Shown here in pieces: positions 30,418 to 42,196 of a DNA stretch of 64,000 bases. This DNA is from an uncultured Caldilineales bacterium (GTDB taxonomy: Bacteria > Chloroflexota > Anaerolineae > JAAEKA01), in assembly GCA_937907455.1 (NCBI GenBank), contig CALESQ010000120.1:35447-99446 (forward strand). The letters are read 5' to 3'. Within the stretch, counting starts at the first letter, position 1, and every line of letters begins with the position of its first letter. The notes beneath the pieces were generated by a model. That model worked only from the letters and a program-made list of their open reading frames with translations. It had not been told where the DNA came from and did no database searches. The translations under genes were made by a program, and so were the position numbers.

Positions 30418-31422
30418 ATGGCAACCTTATTTTACGAAAAAGACGCAGATCTCTCCCGCCTGGCAGGCCGCAAAGTCGCTGTAATCGGTTATGGCAGCCA
30501 GGGGCACGCCCACGCGCTCAACCTGAAAGACAGCGGCGTAGACGTGATGGTAGGGCTTTATCCCAATTCGCCAAGCTGGAGCAAGGCTGAGGCCGCCGGT
30601 CTCACCGTCAAGACGGTGGAGCAGGCCGCGGACGAAGCTGATATCATCATGGTGGTAATCCCCGACACGGTGCAGGCGCGTGTGTACAAGCAAAGCATCG
30701 AACCGGCTCTGCGTCCCGGCAAAACATTGATGTTCGCCCACGGCTTCAACATTCGCTTCGGCCAGATTACGCCACCCGATTTTGTGGATGTGAGCATGAT
30801 TGCACCCAAGGCCCCCGGCCATCGTGTGCGTGAGGTTTATCAGGACGGTCAGGGTACACCCGCGTTGGTGGCCGTGCATCAGGATGCTTCCGGCCACGCT
30901 TTGGCCGATGCCATCGCTTACGGCGCGGGGGTCGGCTGTGCCCGCGCTGGTCTGCTGCTCACTACTTTCACCGAAGAAACCGAAACCGACTTGTTTGGCG
31001 AGCAGGCCGTGCTCTGCGGTGGCGTTAGCGAGTTGGTAAAATCCGCCTTTTATACCCTGGTGGATGCCGGTTATCAGCCTGAGGTGGCTTATTTTGAGTG
31101 TATGCACGAGCTGAAGCTGATCGTAGACCTGTTCTACCGCGGCGGCCTGAGCTACATGCGCTACTCGGTGAGCGACACCGCCGAACATGGCGATTATCAC
31201 AGCGGCCCCAAAGTGGTCACCGACGAGACCCGTGCCGCCATGAAGGGCATTTTGGCCGATATTCAGAGCGGCGCTTATGCCGAGGATTGGATTGAAGAAA
31301 ACGCCAAGGGGCGTCCCTGGTTCGATGATGTGCGCGCCCGTGAGCGCGATCAGCAGATCGAAACCGTAGGCCGTCAACTGCGCAGCATGATGCCCTGGCT
31401 GCATCCCGTGGAAGTCGAATAG
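30418..31422 (+). CDS. ilvC: ketol-acid reductoisomerase
   Basis: [40 protein letters not shown]. Confidence 0.9.
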   Translation: MATLFYEKDADLSRLAGRKVAVIGYGSQGHAHALNLKDSGVDVMVGLYPNSPSWSKAEAAGLTVKTVEQAADEADIIMVVIPDTVQARVYKQSIEPALRPGKTLMFAHGFNIRFGQITPPDFVDVSMIAPKAPGHRVREVYQDGQGTPALVAVHQDASGHALADAIAYGAGVGCARAGLLLTTFTEETETDLFGEQAVLCGGVSELVKSAFYTLVDAGYQPEVAYFECMHELKLIVDLFYRGGLSYMRYSVSDTAEHGDYHSGPKVVTDETRAAMKGILADIQSGAYAEDWIEENAKGRPWFDDVRARERDQQIETVGRQLRSMMPWLHPVEVE

Positions 31423-31437
31423 TTGGTACGAGGAATA

Positions 31438-31648
31438 AGTACACAAGTAGACAAGGAAGAAGTACACAAGCAGACAAGGAAGAAGTACACAAGTAGACAA
31501 GGAAAAAGTACACAGGCAGATGTAGATAAGGAAGAAGTACAGAATACATAAAAATTCCCAGTCACCTGTGTACTTGTTTACCTGTCTACCTGTCTACCTG
31601 TATACTTGTTTACCTGTCTACCTGTCTACCTGTGTACTTGTCTACTTT
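31438..31648. repeat. paired inverted repeat arrays between ilvC and leuA: purine-type 23-nt units (GTACACAAGTAGACAAGGAAGAA x4) then pyrimidine-type octamers (CTACCTGT / CTACTTGT x~10)
   Basis: direct reading; arrays are partially complementary (e.g. GTACACAGG / CCTGTGTAC). Confidence 0.75.
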
Positions 31649-31664
31649 CCCGAAGGAGCCCTCC

Positions 31665-33308
31665 ATGCCCTCACAACCTGATCGCGATGTGATCCTGATT
31701 TTCGATACCACCCTGCGTGACGGCGAGCAGTCCCCGGGTGCTACGCTGACCACGCAGGAGAAACTGGAAATAGCCCGGCAGCTTGCCCGCCTCGGCGTGG
31801 ATATCATCGAAGCCGGTTTCCCGGCGGCCTCGCCTGGCGATCTTGAGGCTGTGCACCAGATCGCCGCGACCATCGGCTGTGAGCAACGCCTGGACAAGTT
31901 CGGCAATCCCGCTGCGCCGCCGGTGATTGCTGGTCTGGCCCGCGCTAACCATAACGACATCAACGCGGCCTGGCAGGCAGTGCAGGCCGCGCAGCGCCCG
32001 CGCATTCATACCTTCCTCGCCACATCGCCCATTCACATGGAGCACAAGCTGAAGATGACACCGGAACAGGTGGTGGAGCGCGTGCGTGAGATGGTGGGTT
32101 ATGCCCGCAGCCTGTGCCCCGACGTGGAGTTTAGCCCGGAGGATGCCGGGCGCAGCGACCCTCGCTTCCTGTATCAAGTGCTGGCCGTAGCCATTGAGGC
32201 CGGTGCTACCACGCTTAACATCCCCGACACAGTGGGCTACACTGTGCCCGCAGAGTATGGCAAGCTGATCCGCGATATCCGCGAAAACACTCCGGGAGCC
32301 CAAAACGTTGTCATCTCCTGCCACTGTCACAACGACCTGGGACTGGCGACAGCCAACACCCTGGCCGGCATCGAAAACGGCGCCCGCCAGGTAGAGGTGA
32401 CGGTGAACGGCATCGGTGAGCGTGCCGGCAACACCAGCTTGGAAGAGATCACCATGGCGCTTTACACCCGCCATCAGGTCTACGAAACCGACACCAACAT
32501 TGTCACCCATGAGATTCATCGCAGCAGCGACATGGTCAGCCGCTACACCGGCATGGTGGTACAGCCCAACAAGGCCATTGTCGGCGCCAATGCCTTCGCG
32601 CACGAGGCCGGCATCCATCAGGACGGCATGTTGAAGCACAAGCGCACCTACGAGATCATGGACGCGGGCACTATCGGCCTGAACCAAAGCAAACTGGTGT
32701 TGGGCAAGCATTCCGGTCGCCACGCCTTCCGTCTGCAACTGGAGCAGATGGGCTATAAGTTGGATGACAAAGACCTGGATGAGGTGTTTCGCCGCTTCAA
32801 GGAGCTGGCCGACAAGAAAAAAGTAGTTACCGACGGCGATCTGCAAGCCCTGGTAGGTGATGAACTCTACAAGCCGCCGGAGACCTGGCAGGTAGAGGAC
32901 GTGCAAGTGAGCTGCGGCACCACGGTGATCCCCACAGCCGTGGTACGCCTGCGCTACGTTGCCACCGGCGAAATCGTCACCGACGCCGGTTTCGGCACCG
33001 GCCCGGTAGATGCGGTGTATCAGGGTATCAACCGGCTGGTAGGTGTTCCCAACCGCCTGGTCGAGTTCGTGATCCAGGCCATTGATCAGGGCATGGACGC
33101 CGTGGGTGATGTGACCATTCGCATCGAAGCTAATGAGCTGATCGGCACGGTGGAGCGTGCGCAGGGCGGCCGCGGCCAGCGCATCTTCTCCGGACGTGGC
33201 ATTGATACCGACATCGTGGTAGCCAGCGCCAAAGCCTACATGCAGGCGTTGAACAAGATGCTGGCTGCCAAAGAAGAGCGCGAGTCGGTGCTGGCTTTGG
33301 GCGTATAG
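31665..33308 (+). CDS. leuA: 2-isopropylmalate synthase (long form with C-terminal regulatory domain)
   Basis: [42 protein letters not shown]; E. coli LeuA-like C-terminal domain. Confidence 0.85.
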   Translation: MPSQPDRDVILIFDTTLRDGEQSPGATLTTQEKLEIARQLARLGVDIIEAGFPAASPGDLEAVHQIAATIGCEQRLDKFGNPAAPPVIAGLARANHNDINAAWQAVQAAQRPRIHTFLATSPIHMEHKLKMTPEQVVERVREMVGYARSLCPDVEFSPEDAGRSDPRFLYQVLAVAIEAGATTLNIPDTVGYTVPAEYGKLIRDIRENTPGAQNVVISCHCHNDLGLATANTLAGIENGARQVEVTVNGIGERAGNTSLEEITMALYTRHQVYETDTNIVTHEIHRSSDMVSRYTGMVVQPNKAIVGANAFAHEAGIHQDGMLKHKRTYEIMDAGTIGLNQSKLVLGKHSGRHAFRLQLEQMGYKLDDKDLDEVFRRFKELADKKKVVTDGDLQALVGDELYKPPETWQVEDVQVSCGTTVIPTAVVRLRYVATGEIVTDAGFGTGPVDAVYQGINRLVGVPNRLVEFVIQAIDQGMDAVGDVTIRIEANELIGTVERAQGGRGQRIFSGRGIDTDIVVASAKAYMQALNKMLAAKEERESVLALGV

Positions 33309-33450
33309 CGAAGCGGCAAGCGGTAATCGGAGCAGAACATGCCGATATTCCATCCTGCTGCCCCTTCCTGCCATCTGCCCCTCCATCATTAACCACCCGT
33401 CCATTCTCGTTCTCACCTCTCAATTCTCACCTCTCCCCAAGGAGCCTCTC

Positions 33451-33621
33451 ATGTCCCACCCATCTCCCGCCTCGAACGCCAAACCGGCCAATCCCGTGCT
33501 GGTCGAATGGCTGGTAAAGCAGTACGATCAGCCTCAGCAGGTCCATTGTGGTCCCGAAGCCCTGGCCTGGGACATGCAGGGCCTGCAACAGGCCACAACC
33601 CTCCGCCCCAGTCTGAAATAG
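33451..33621 (+). CDS. possible small protein (56 aa) between leuA and gltB
   Basis: ATG preceded by CCCCAAGGAGCCTCTC, the same RBS context as leuA/ybdK; pyrimidine-repeat leader upstream; no homology support. Confidence 0.3.
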   Translation: MSHPSPASNAKPANPVLVEWLVKQYDQPQQVHCGPEALAWDMQGLQQATTLRPSLK

Positions 33622-33813
33622 CCGCCATGCTGTGGCGATTTTTGGCTGAACTTCATCCCATGATGGGGCGACCGAGCAAAGACGCTCCTGTTGTGTCATC
33701 ACATCCTGTGTCCACCGGCGAGGTCATACCGCCCTCAATTTACTGTGGGCTGCAAGGCCCGCCCGGCTGCGCCGCGCACATCATTGGTGGCCGCATTGAA
33801 TCGGGAGCATCGC

Positions 33814-36800
33814 ATGAAACCAAGCCTTAGCGGGCCAGGCCTTGCAGCGCCTGGCCCACTCTACGACCCCTCTTTTGAGCATGATGCCTGTGGCACCGGC
33901 TTTGTGGCTCAGCGCAGCGGTGCGCGCAGCCATCGTGTGCTGCAATTGGCCCTGGAGGCGCTGTGTAACCACGCCCACCGCGGCGCTGTGGCGGCTGATG
34001 GCCGCTCCGGTGATGGCGCTGGCATCCTCACCCAACTGCCGCACAAGCTGATCGCGCGCGATCTGGCCCGGCTTGGCGTGCGTACCCCCGCCCCGGGCGA
34101 TGTCGCCGTAGCGATGGTGTTCATGCCTCTGCGCAATCTGGTACACCGCGCTCGCAGCGAGACGCTGCTGCAGCAGGCCATTGGTGAATTCGGCTTGGAA
34201 TTCCTGGGCTGGCGTGAAGTCCCCGTCAACCTTGAGGCGCTGGGCGAATGGGCGATCAGCCTGCGACCCTACATCGTTCAGGCCTTTGTCGGGCGTCCCC
34301 CAGCGCTGGCTCGCGGCGACAGCTTCGAGCGTGCCCTTTACCTGGTGCGCAAACGCGCTACCCAGCTTTGCTGGGCCGAGGGCATCAGCAATTTCTATAT
34401 TGCCTCCTTTTCGGCTAAAACCATCGTCTACAAGGGGCTGTTCATGGCCCCGCAACTGGCTAATTTCTATCTGGACATGGCCGATGCCGATTTCGAGACC
34501 GCGCTGGCGGTTTTTCACCAGCGCTACAGCACCAACACCTTTCCCACCTGGGAGCGCGCCCAGCCTTTCCGTTTGCTCTGCCATAACGGCGAGATCAACA
34601 CCCTGCGCGGCAACATCAATTGGATGCGTGCCCGTGAAGCGGATCTCGTGCGTTCGGCTCGGCCTTATTTCGGCGAAGCAGTCAGTTATTTGGCGCCGGT
34701 GATCAGCGAGCGCGGCAGCGATTCCGCCATGCTCGACAACGCCCTCGATCTGTTGGTGCAGTCGGGCCGTGACATTCGCCACGCCATGCTGATGCTGGTG
34801 CCGCGCGCCTGGGAGCACGATCCCGAACTGTCTCCCGAGGCCCGCGCCTTCTATCACTATCATGCCTGCCTGCAGGAACCCTGGGATGGCCCCGCGGCGC
34901 TGGCCTTCACCGATGGCACGGTAGTGGGTAGCACACTTGACCGTAACGGCCTGCGTCCGGCGCGCTATCTGACCACCGCCGACGGGCTGGTGATTATGGC
35001 CTCGGAAGCTGGTTCCGTACACATTGATGAGCGCGACGTTACCGCCAAAGGCCGCCTTGGCCCGGGCGAAATGTTGGCCGTAGATACCGCGGGCGGCGAA
35101 ATGCTGGCTACCGGCGCAATCATCGAGCGCCTGGCCGCGGCCTATCCCTATCAACGCTGGCTGGACGAAAATCTGGTGCGGCTGGAAGATTTGGTGACGC
35201 CGGAGGAAAGCAGCTACGTGCCGCCGGTGACCGTCAGCACCCGCATGTTGCCTTCGCGTCGCCGCAATCTTGCCGCCGCTTCAGAGATCGCCCCTGCCGC
35301 CTCTGCTGCTGACAGCTCGCTTACCGCGCTGCAAGCAGCCTTTGGCTATAATCGTGAAGAATTGGTAGTGCTGTTTCGCCCGATGTGGCAGCAAGGCGCA
35401 GAGGCTATCGGCTCGATGGGCGATGACACGCCTTCGGCTGCGCTCAGCAGGCTTCCCCGTCCCCTGTTCCATTACTTCTATCAACGGTTTGCCGAAGTCA
35501 CCAACCCCCCGATTGATCCGCTGCGCGAGGCTCAGGTAATGTCGCTGGCGCAACGCGTCGGACGACGCAGCAGCCTGCTTGGCCGCGGGCCTGAGGCTGC
35601 GCGCCTGGTGGAGCTGGCCGGTCCGGTACTCAGCAACCAGCACATTCAGGCGTTGCGCGAGCTAAAGCAATACCTCGGCCCGGAGCGCGCCGAAGAGTTT
35701 CAGACCGCCACGCTCGATACCACCTGGCCGGTGGTGGATGGCGTAGATGGGCTGGAGGCGGCGGTGAAGCGGCTGTGCAATCAGGCAGTGGCCTCGGTGA
35801 AATCAGGCGTTAGCTTGCTGATCCTCAGCGACCGCGCCCTGCAAGCCCGACGCACGCTGATTCCTGCGCTGCTGGCTACCTCAGCCGTACATCAGCGTTT
35901 GATTCAGGCAGGTGTGCGCAACCAAGTGAGCCTGGTGATTGAAACCGGCGAAGCGCGCGATGTGCATCACCTGGCTGCATTGGTGGGCTTTGGGGCCAGC
36001 GCTGTGAACCCCTGGCTGGCGCTGCGTACCGTGGAAGACGAGGTGCGTAGCGCGGGTCGCCATGCCGAAGGTATCAGCGTGGCCGAGGGGGTTGAGAACT
36101 ATCGCAAAGCGTTGGAAAAGGGCCTGCTCAAAATCATGTCCAAGATGGGCATTACCACCGTAGACAGCTACTGCGGCGCGCAGATTTTTGATGTATTGGG
36201 TCTGGCGCAGGATGTGGTGGATCGTTACTTCCCCGGCACACCGGCGCGCCTGGGTGGTCGTGGCCTGGCCGACATCGCAGCCGACGTGCTGGCTTGGCAC
36301 GCCGCGGCTTATCCTGCCGGTGATGCATCCGCCGCTTTGGCCAGCTATGGCTTGTTCAAGTTCAAGCGTGACGGCGAATATCACAGCTATAATCCCGACG
36401 TAGTGCGCGCCCTGCACGAGACAACAGGCCTCTCCCTCCCCTCTTCCACCACCAAAGCAGCCCGGGGTGAGGGTGATTCTTCCTCTGCGTCAGGGGCCGG
36501 GGATGAGGGTGACTCTCCCTCTGCGTCAGAGGCCGGGGGTGAGGGCCTCTCCCCTGCTTACCGTCGCTACACCGAGCTGGTACAGGGGCGGCCTCTCACC
36601 ACGCTGCGCGACCTGCTGGACTTTGCTCCGCGCCGCGACCCTGTTGCATTGGACGAGGTAGAAGCACCGGAGGCTATTTTGCGCCGCTTCTCCACCGCGG
36701 CCATGTCGCACGGGGCGCTCAGCGGCATCACTCACGAAACGTTGGCCGTCGCTATGAATCGCCTGGGCGGAGCCTCCAACAGCGGCGAGGGCGGTGAGGA

Positions 36801-38568
36801 CGAAGCCCGCTTTGCTGATGAACGCAACAGCAAGATCAAACAAGTAGCCTCTGGGCGCTTCGGTGTTACACCGGCCTATCTGATGTCTGCTCAAGAGCTG
36901 CAAATCAAGATGGCGCAAGGTTCCAAGCCGGGCGAAGGCGGCCAGTTGCCGGGCCATAAGGTCACGGACGAGATTGCCCGACTGCGCCACAGCACCCCCG
37001 GCGTGGCGTTGATCTCCCCGCCGCCCCATCACGATATCTACAGCATCGAGGACCTGGCGCAACTGATTTTCGATCTGAAGCAGGTAAACCCTGATGCCGC
37101 GGTGTCAGTCAAGCTGGTGAGTGAAGCAGGTGTCGGCACGGTAGCTGCCGGAGTCGCCAAAGGCCACGCCGATCTAATCCACCTCAGCGGTGCCGATGGT
37201 GGTACAGGGGCATCGCCTCTTAGCAGCATCAAACATGCTGGTGGGTCGTGGGAATTGGGTCTGGCCGAGACGCAGCATACCCTGCTCACCAACGGTTTGC
37301 GCAGCCGCGTGCGTGTGCGCGTGGATGGCGGCTTTCAGTCGGGCCGTGATGTGCTGATCGCGGCCTTGCTGGGTGCGGATGAATTCAGCTTCGGCACCGC
37401 CGCTCTGATCGCCGTGGGCTGTAAAATGGCTCGCGCTTGCCACACCAACACCTGTCCCGTGGGCGTGGCTACGCAGCGCGCCGATCTGATTGCCAAATTC
37501 CCCGGCCAACCGGAGCATCTGATGGTATTTCTGCATCAGGTAGCTGAGGAGGTGCGGCAATTGTTGGCGCGGCTGGGTTATCGCACGTTACAAGAGGTAA
37601 TCGGCCACGCCGAGCTGCTCACCCAGGCAGTGAGCGGTGAAGCCGCCAGTTGGCTGGATTTGGAGCCGCTGCTGTGGACGCCAGACACCGGTCGCCCGCG
37701 TCGTGCCGTGGACGAGCGCAACGCGTTGCTGGCAGGTTCGGCTCTGGGCGACCGTCTGGCGGAGGACGCGCTGGACGATCTGGCTGATTTCAGCGCTCCG
37801 GTGCGACTGCGCTATGCCATCAGCAACACTGATCGCACAGTTGGGGCGCGGCTGGCCGGGCAAATCGCGCGGCAGCATGGTAATGTTGGCTTGCCTGCGG
37901 GCAGCATCACCGCCGAGTTCGAGGGTACAGCGGGCCAAAGTTTCGGTGCGTTTCTGTGCCACGGCATTCACCTGCATCTTACCGGTCAGGCCAACGACTA
38001 CATCGGCAAGGGTATGGGCGGCGGCGAAATTGTAGTTCGTCCGCGTGTTGATGCCGCCTATGTGTGGCATGAAAACGTTGTCATCGGCAACACGGCTCTG
38101 TATGGCGCTACTGATGGCGCGCTCTATGCCGCAGGCCGCGCCGGTGAGCGTTTTGCCGTGCGCAACAGCGGTGCGCAGGCAGTCGTGGAAGGCGTAGGCG
38201 ACCACGGCTGCGAATATATGACCGGCGGTGTAGCGGTGATCCTGGGTGACACCGGACGCAACTTCGGCGCGGGCATGACCGGCGGCCTGGCCTATGTCTA
38301 CGATCCTGCAGATGCCTTGCCCGGTCGCTACAATGCTCAGTTGATCACTCTGCGCCGTGTGCAGCGCGTCGCACACGAAAAACAACTTCGTGCGCTCATC
38401 CGTCATCATGCACAAACCACCGGCAGCCCGCGTGCCCGCGCCATCCTTAGCGACTGGGACACCGAGCTGGGCAACTTCTGGTTGGTGATCCCCAGAGACG
38501 CCGTCGCCGCCATTGAAGCCGTCAACGAAGGCGCAGAGAATGAAGCGCGCGAGGGGATAACAGGATGA
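33814..38568 (+). CDS. gltB: glutamate synthase large subunit
   Basis: start MKPSLSG...CGTGFVAQ (Ntn amidotransferase Cys1 after Met-processing), central, FMN and GXGXG domains; 1584 aa. Confidence 0.9.
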   Translation: MKPSLSGPGLAAPGPLYDPSFEHDACGTGFVAQRSGARSHRVLQLALEALCNHAHRGAVAADGRSGDGAGILTQLPHKLIARDLARLGVRTPAPGDVAVAMVFMPLRNLVHRARSETLLQQAIGEFGLEFLGWREVPVNLEALGEWAISLRPYIVQAFVGRPPALARGDSFERALYLVRKRATQLCWAEGISNFYIASFSAKTIVYKGLFMAPQLANFYLDMADADFETALAVFHQRYSTNTFPTWERAQPFRLLCHNGEINTLRGNINWMRAREADLVRSARPYFGEAVSYLAPVISERGSDSAMLDNALDLLVQSGRDIRHAMLMLVPRAWEHDPELSPEARAFYHYHACLQEPWDGPAALAFTDGTVVGSTLDRNGLRPARYLTTADGLVIMASEAGSVHIDERDVTAKGRLGPGEMLAVDTAGGEMLATGAIIERLAAAYPYQRWLDENLVRLEDLVTPEESSYVPPVTVSTRMLPSRRRNLAAASEIAPAASAADSSLTALQAAFGYNREELVVLFRPMWQQGAEAIGSMGDDTPSAALSRLPRPLFHYFYQRFAEVTNPPIDPLREAQVMSLAQRVGRRSSLLGRGPEAARLVELAGPVLSNQHIQALRELKQYLGPERAEEFQTATLDTTWPVVDGVDGLEAAVKRLCNQAVASVKSGVSLLILSDRALQARRTLIPALLATSAVHQRLIQAGVRNQVSLVIETGEARDVHHLAALVGFGASAVNPWLALRTVEDEVRSAGRHAEGISVAEGVENYRKALEKGLLKIMSKMGITTVDSYCGAQIFDVLGLAQDVVDRYFPGTPARLGGRGLADIAADVLAWHAAAYPAGDASAALASYGLFKFKRDGEYHSYNPDVVRALHETTGLSLPSSTTKAARGEGDSSSASGAGDEGDSPSASEAGGEGLSPAYRRYTELVQGRPLTTLRDLLDFAPRRDPVALDEVEAPEAILRRFSTAAMSHGALSGITHETLAVAMNRLGGASNSGEGGEDEARFADERNSKIKQVASGRFGVTPAYLMSAQELQIKMAQGSKPGEGGQLPGHKVTDEIARLRHSTPGVALISPPPHHDIYSIEDLAQLIFDLKQVNPDAAVSVKLVSEAGVGTVAAGVAKGHADLIHLSGADGGTGASPLSSIKHAGGSWELGLAETQHTLLTNGLRSRVRVRVDGGFQSGRDVLIAALLGADEFSFGTAALIAVGCKMARACHTNTCPVGVATQRADLIAKFPGQPEHLMVFLHQVAEEVRQLLARLGYRTLQEVIGHAELLTQAVSGEAASWLDLEPLLWTPDTGRPRRAVDERNALLAGSALGDRLAEDALDDLADFSAPVRLRYAISNTDRTVGARLAGQIARQHGNVGLPAGSITAEFEGTAGQSFGAFLCHGIHLHLTGQANDYIGKGMGGGEIVVRPRVDAAYVWHENVVIGNTALYGATDGALYAAGRAGERFAVRNSGAQAVVEGVGDHGCEYMTGGVAVILGDTGRNFGAGMTGGLAYVYDPADALPGRYNAQLITLRRVQRVAHEKQLRALIRHHAQTTGSPRARAILSDWDTELGNFWLVIPRDAVAAIEAVNEGAENEAREGITG
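36464..36560 (+). repeat. ~37-nt x2.5 tandem repeat inside gltB encoding a Gly/Glu/Asp/Ser-rich linker (GEGDSSSASGAG DEGDSPSASEAG GEG), REP-element-like sequence
   Basis: direct reading; shares GGGGTGAGGG / CCTCTCCCC motifs with the REP-like element. Confidence 0.5.
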
Positions 38569-38636
38569 CAAGGTGACAGGGTGACTATTTACTCCCTCCC
38601 CTTGTCACCCCCTCACCCCCATCCCCTCTTTACCCA

Positions 38637-38692
38637 CCTGTCTACCTGTCTACTTATCTACTTATCTACTAGTCTACATGTCTACCTCTCTT
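38637..38692 (+). repeat. octamer repeat array (CTACCTGT / CTACTTAT x7) in G-poor leuC leader
   Basis: direct reading; whole 38586-38710 leader is pyrimidine-rich. Confidence 0.75.
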
Positions 38693-38710
38693 CTCTCCCA
38701 ATCCCCGCCC

Positions 38711-40117
<1,407 letters not shown>

Positions 40118-40155
40118 CAGCAACGCCAAACGATGAAATGGCGACAGGAGTTTTT

Positions 40156-40746
40156 ATGGACGCATTGAAAACATTAACTGCAAGTGCTGCGCCTCTGCGC
40201 GCCGAGAATGTAGACACCGATCAAATCATCCCGGCGCGTTATCTCACCGCCGTGACCAAGGCAGGCATGGGCGATGGCTTGTTCGCTGCCTGGCGCTATG
40301 CCGCTGATGGTACACTCAATCCCGATTTTGTGTTGAACAACCCGGCATACCGCAGTGCTGCCGTACTGGTGGCCGGACGTAACTTCGGCAGTGGTTCGAG
40401 TCGTGAACACGCCGTTTGGGCGCTCACCGAGTATGGCTTTCGCGCGGTGATCGCTCCCGCCTTTGCCGATATTTTCTACAACAACTCACTGAAAAACGGT
40501 CTGCTCCCCATTCCGCTTGCCGAGGAACAGATAGCCATGTTGTGGGATTTGATCGAGGAAGAGCCTGACACGCAACTTGCCATTGATTTAGCTGCGCAAA
40601 CCGTGACCCTGCCCGACGGCCAGCAAGCTGAGTTTGCCATTGATCCCTATTGCAAGCATTGCCTTCTCAACGGTCTGGACGATTTGGGCTACCTGCTCTC
40701 GAAGGATGCTCAGATTGCCCGCTACGAGGAAAGTCGCCACTTCTAA
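40156..40746 (+). CDS. leuD: 3-isopropylmalate dehydratase small subunit
   Basis: MDALKTLTASAAPLRAENVDTDQIIPARYL; ACAGGAG RBS. Confidence 0.9.
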   Translation: MDALKTLTASAAPLRAENVDTDQIIPARYLTAVTKAGMGDGLFAAWRYAADGTLNPDFVLNNPAYRSAAVLVAGRNFGSGSSREHAVWALTEYGFRAVIAPAFADIFYNNSLKNGLLPIPLAEEQIAMLWDLIEEEPDTQLAIDLAAQTVTLPDGQQAEFAIDPYCKHCLLNGLDDLGYLLSKDAQIARYEESRHF

Positions 40747-40830
40747 ACCGCTCACTTCTCACTTTACTGGATGCTGGTTACTACTTACATCTTACTTCTT
40801 ACTACTCCCTCCTCCCCAAGGATCTCCCTA

Positions 40831-41072
40831 TGTCCCGCAAAGCTACGCAAAAAACACCCCCTGATCACGACGATCTGCATCCTTTCTGGATTGATCCCGA
40901 TGTTGAGGTGGCAATCACCGCTCAGATCAACGAGCATTTCCCGCCGGAAGGCGCACAACTCGATCTGGCTGAGTTGAAAACGCCGCCCGCGCTGATGGGA
41001 CGCTACAACCGCGGCGAGGCGCGCGAAGTAGATGTGGCGCGCTCGTTTGGAGAAGACGAGGCAGCGGCATGA
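40831..41072 (+). CDS. small hypothetical protein (80 aa) translationally coupled to leuB (ATGA overlap)
   Basis: ATG after CCCCAAGGATCTCCCT; pyrimidine-repeat leader upstream; no family recognised. Confidence 0.4.
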
Positions 41073-42154
41073 AGGTGACCATTGCGGTATTACCGGGCGA
41101 TGGCATTGGCCCGGAAGTGACTGCCGAGACGGTGAAGCTGCTCCAGACAGTGGCGACGCGCTTCGGTCATACCTTTGAATTTGAGACCGCGCTGTTAGGT
41201 GGCTGCGCTATTGACGCCACCGGCACGGCCCTGCCTGAGGCCACCGTAACCGTGTGCCGTGCTGCCGATGCCGTGCTGCTGGGCGCGGTGGGCGGCCCCA
41301 AGTGGGATAATCCCGCGGCCGCGGTGCGTCCCGAACAGGGCCTGCTGGGCATCCGCAAGGCGCTGGGCCTGTATGCCAATCTGCGTCCGGTGAAGCTGGT
41401 CCCCGCGCTGCTGCATGCCTCAACCATCAAGCCGGAAACGCTGGCCGGTGTGGATTTGCTGGTGGTGCGCGAGCTGACCGGCGGCATCTACTTCGGCGCC
41501 CGTCAGGAAGCCACTGTCGAGCAGCCCGTGGCCTTTGATACCATGATCTATCAGCGTGATGAGATCGAGCGCGTCGCTCGGCTGGCGGCCGAGGCGGCAC
41601 GCGGTCGCCGCGGCAAACTCGCCTCGGTAGACAAGGCCAATGTACTGGCAAGTTCCCGCCTCTGGCGACGTGTGGTGAGCGAGGTGCTAGCCGCAGAGTT
41701 CCCCGATGTGGCCCTGGAGCATGTGCTGGTGGATGCGATGGCCATGCATCTGATCCGTCGCCCTGCGGCCTACGATGTCATCGTCGCTGAAAACCTGTTT
41801 GGCGACATCCTCACCGATGAAGCCAGCATGTTAGCCGGCAGCATGGGCCTGTTGCCCAGCGCCAGCCTGGGCGAGTCGCTCAATCGTCACGGCCTGCCGC
41901 GCGGTCTCTACGAGCCGATTCACGGCTCTGCGCCCGATATCGCCGGGCAGGGCGTGGCTAATCCGCTGGCAACCATGCTTAGCGCGGCGCTGCTGCTGCG
42001 CCACTCCCTCGGTTTGGAGGCGGAAGCACAAGCCATCGAGACCGCAGTAGAGGCGGTGTTGGCTGCCGGGCTGCGCACTGCTGATATCGCCTATGGTGCA
42101 GCCGGGGCACTGGGCACTGCCGCCATGGGCGCTGCGGTGATCAGCAGGCTTTAG
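41069..42154 (+). CDS. leuB: 3-isopropylmalate dehydrogenase
   Basis: [20 protein letters not shown] canonical. Confidence 0.9.
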   Translation: MKVTIAVLPGDGIGPEVTAETVKLLQTVATRFGHTFEFETALLGGCAIDATGTALPEATVTVCRAADAVLLGAVGGPKWDNPAAAVRPEQGLLGIRKALGLYANLRPVKLVPALLHASTIKPETLAGVDLLVVRELTGGIYFGARQEATVEQPVAFDTMIYQRDEIERVARLAAEAARGRRGKLASVDKANVLASSRLWRRVVSEVLAAEFPDVALEHVLVDAMAMHLIRRPAAYDVIVAENLFGDILTDEASMLAGSMGLLPSASLGESLNRHGLPRGLYEPIHGSAPDIAGQGVANPLATMLSAALLLRHSLGLEAEAQAIETAVEAVLAAGLRTADIAYGAAGALGTAAMGAAVISRL

Positions 42155-42196
42155 ACAACGATTTTTTAACACTTGCAACCCAAACAGGATTTTCTC

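Noticed and set aside
42173-42196. TTG start of cimA from ORF track
   Set aside because: ATG at 42197 with upstream ACAGGA is more plausible; difference is 8 codons only.
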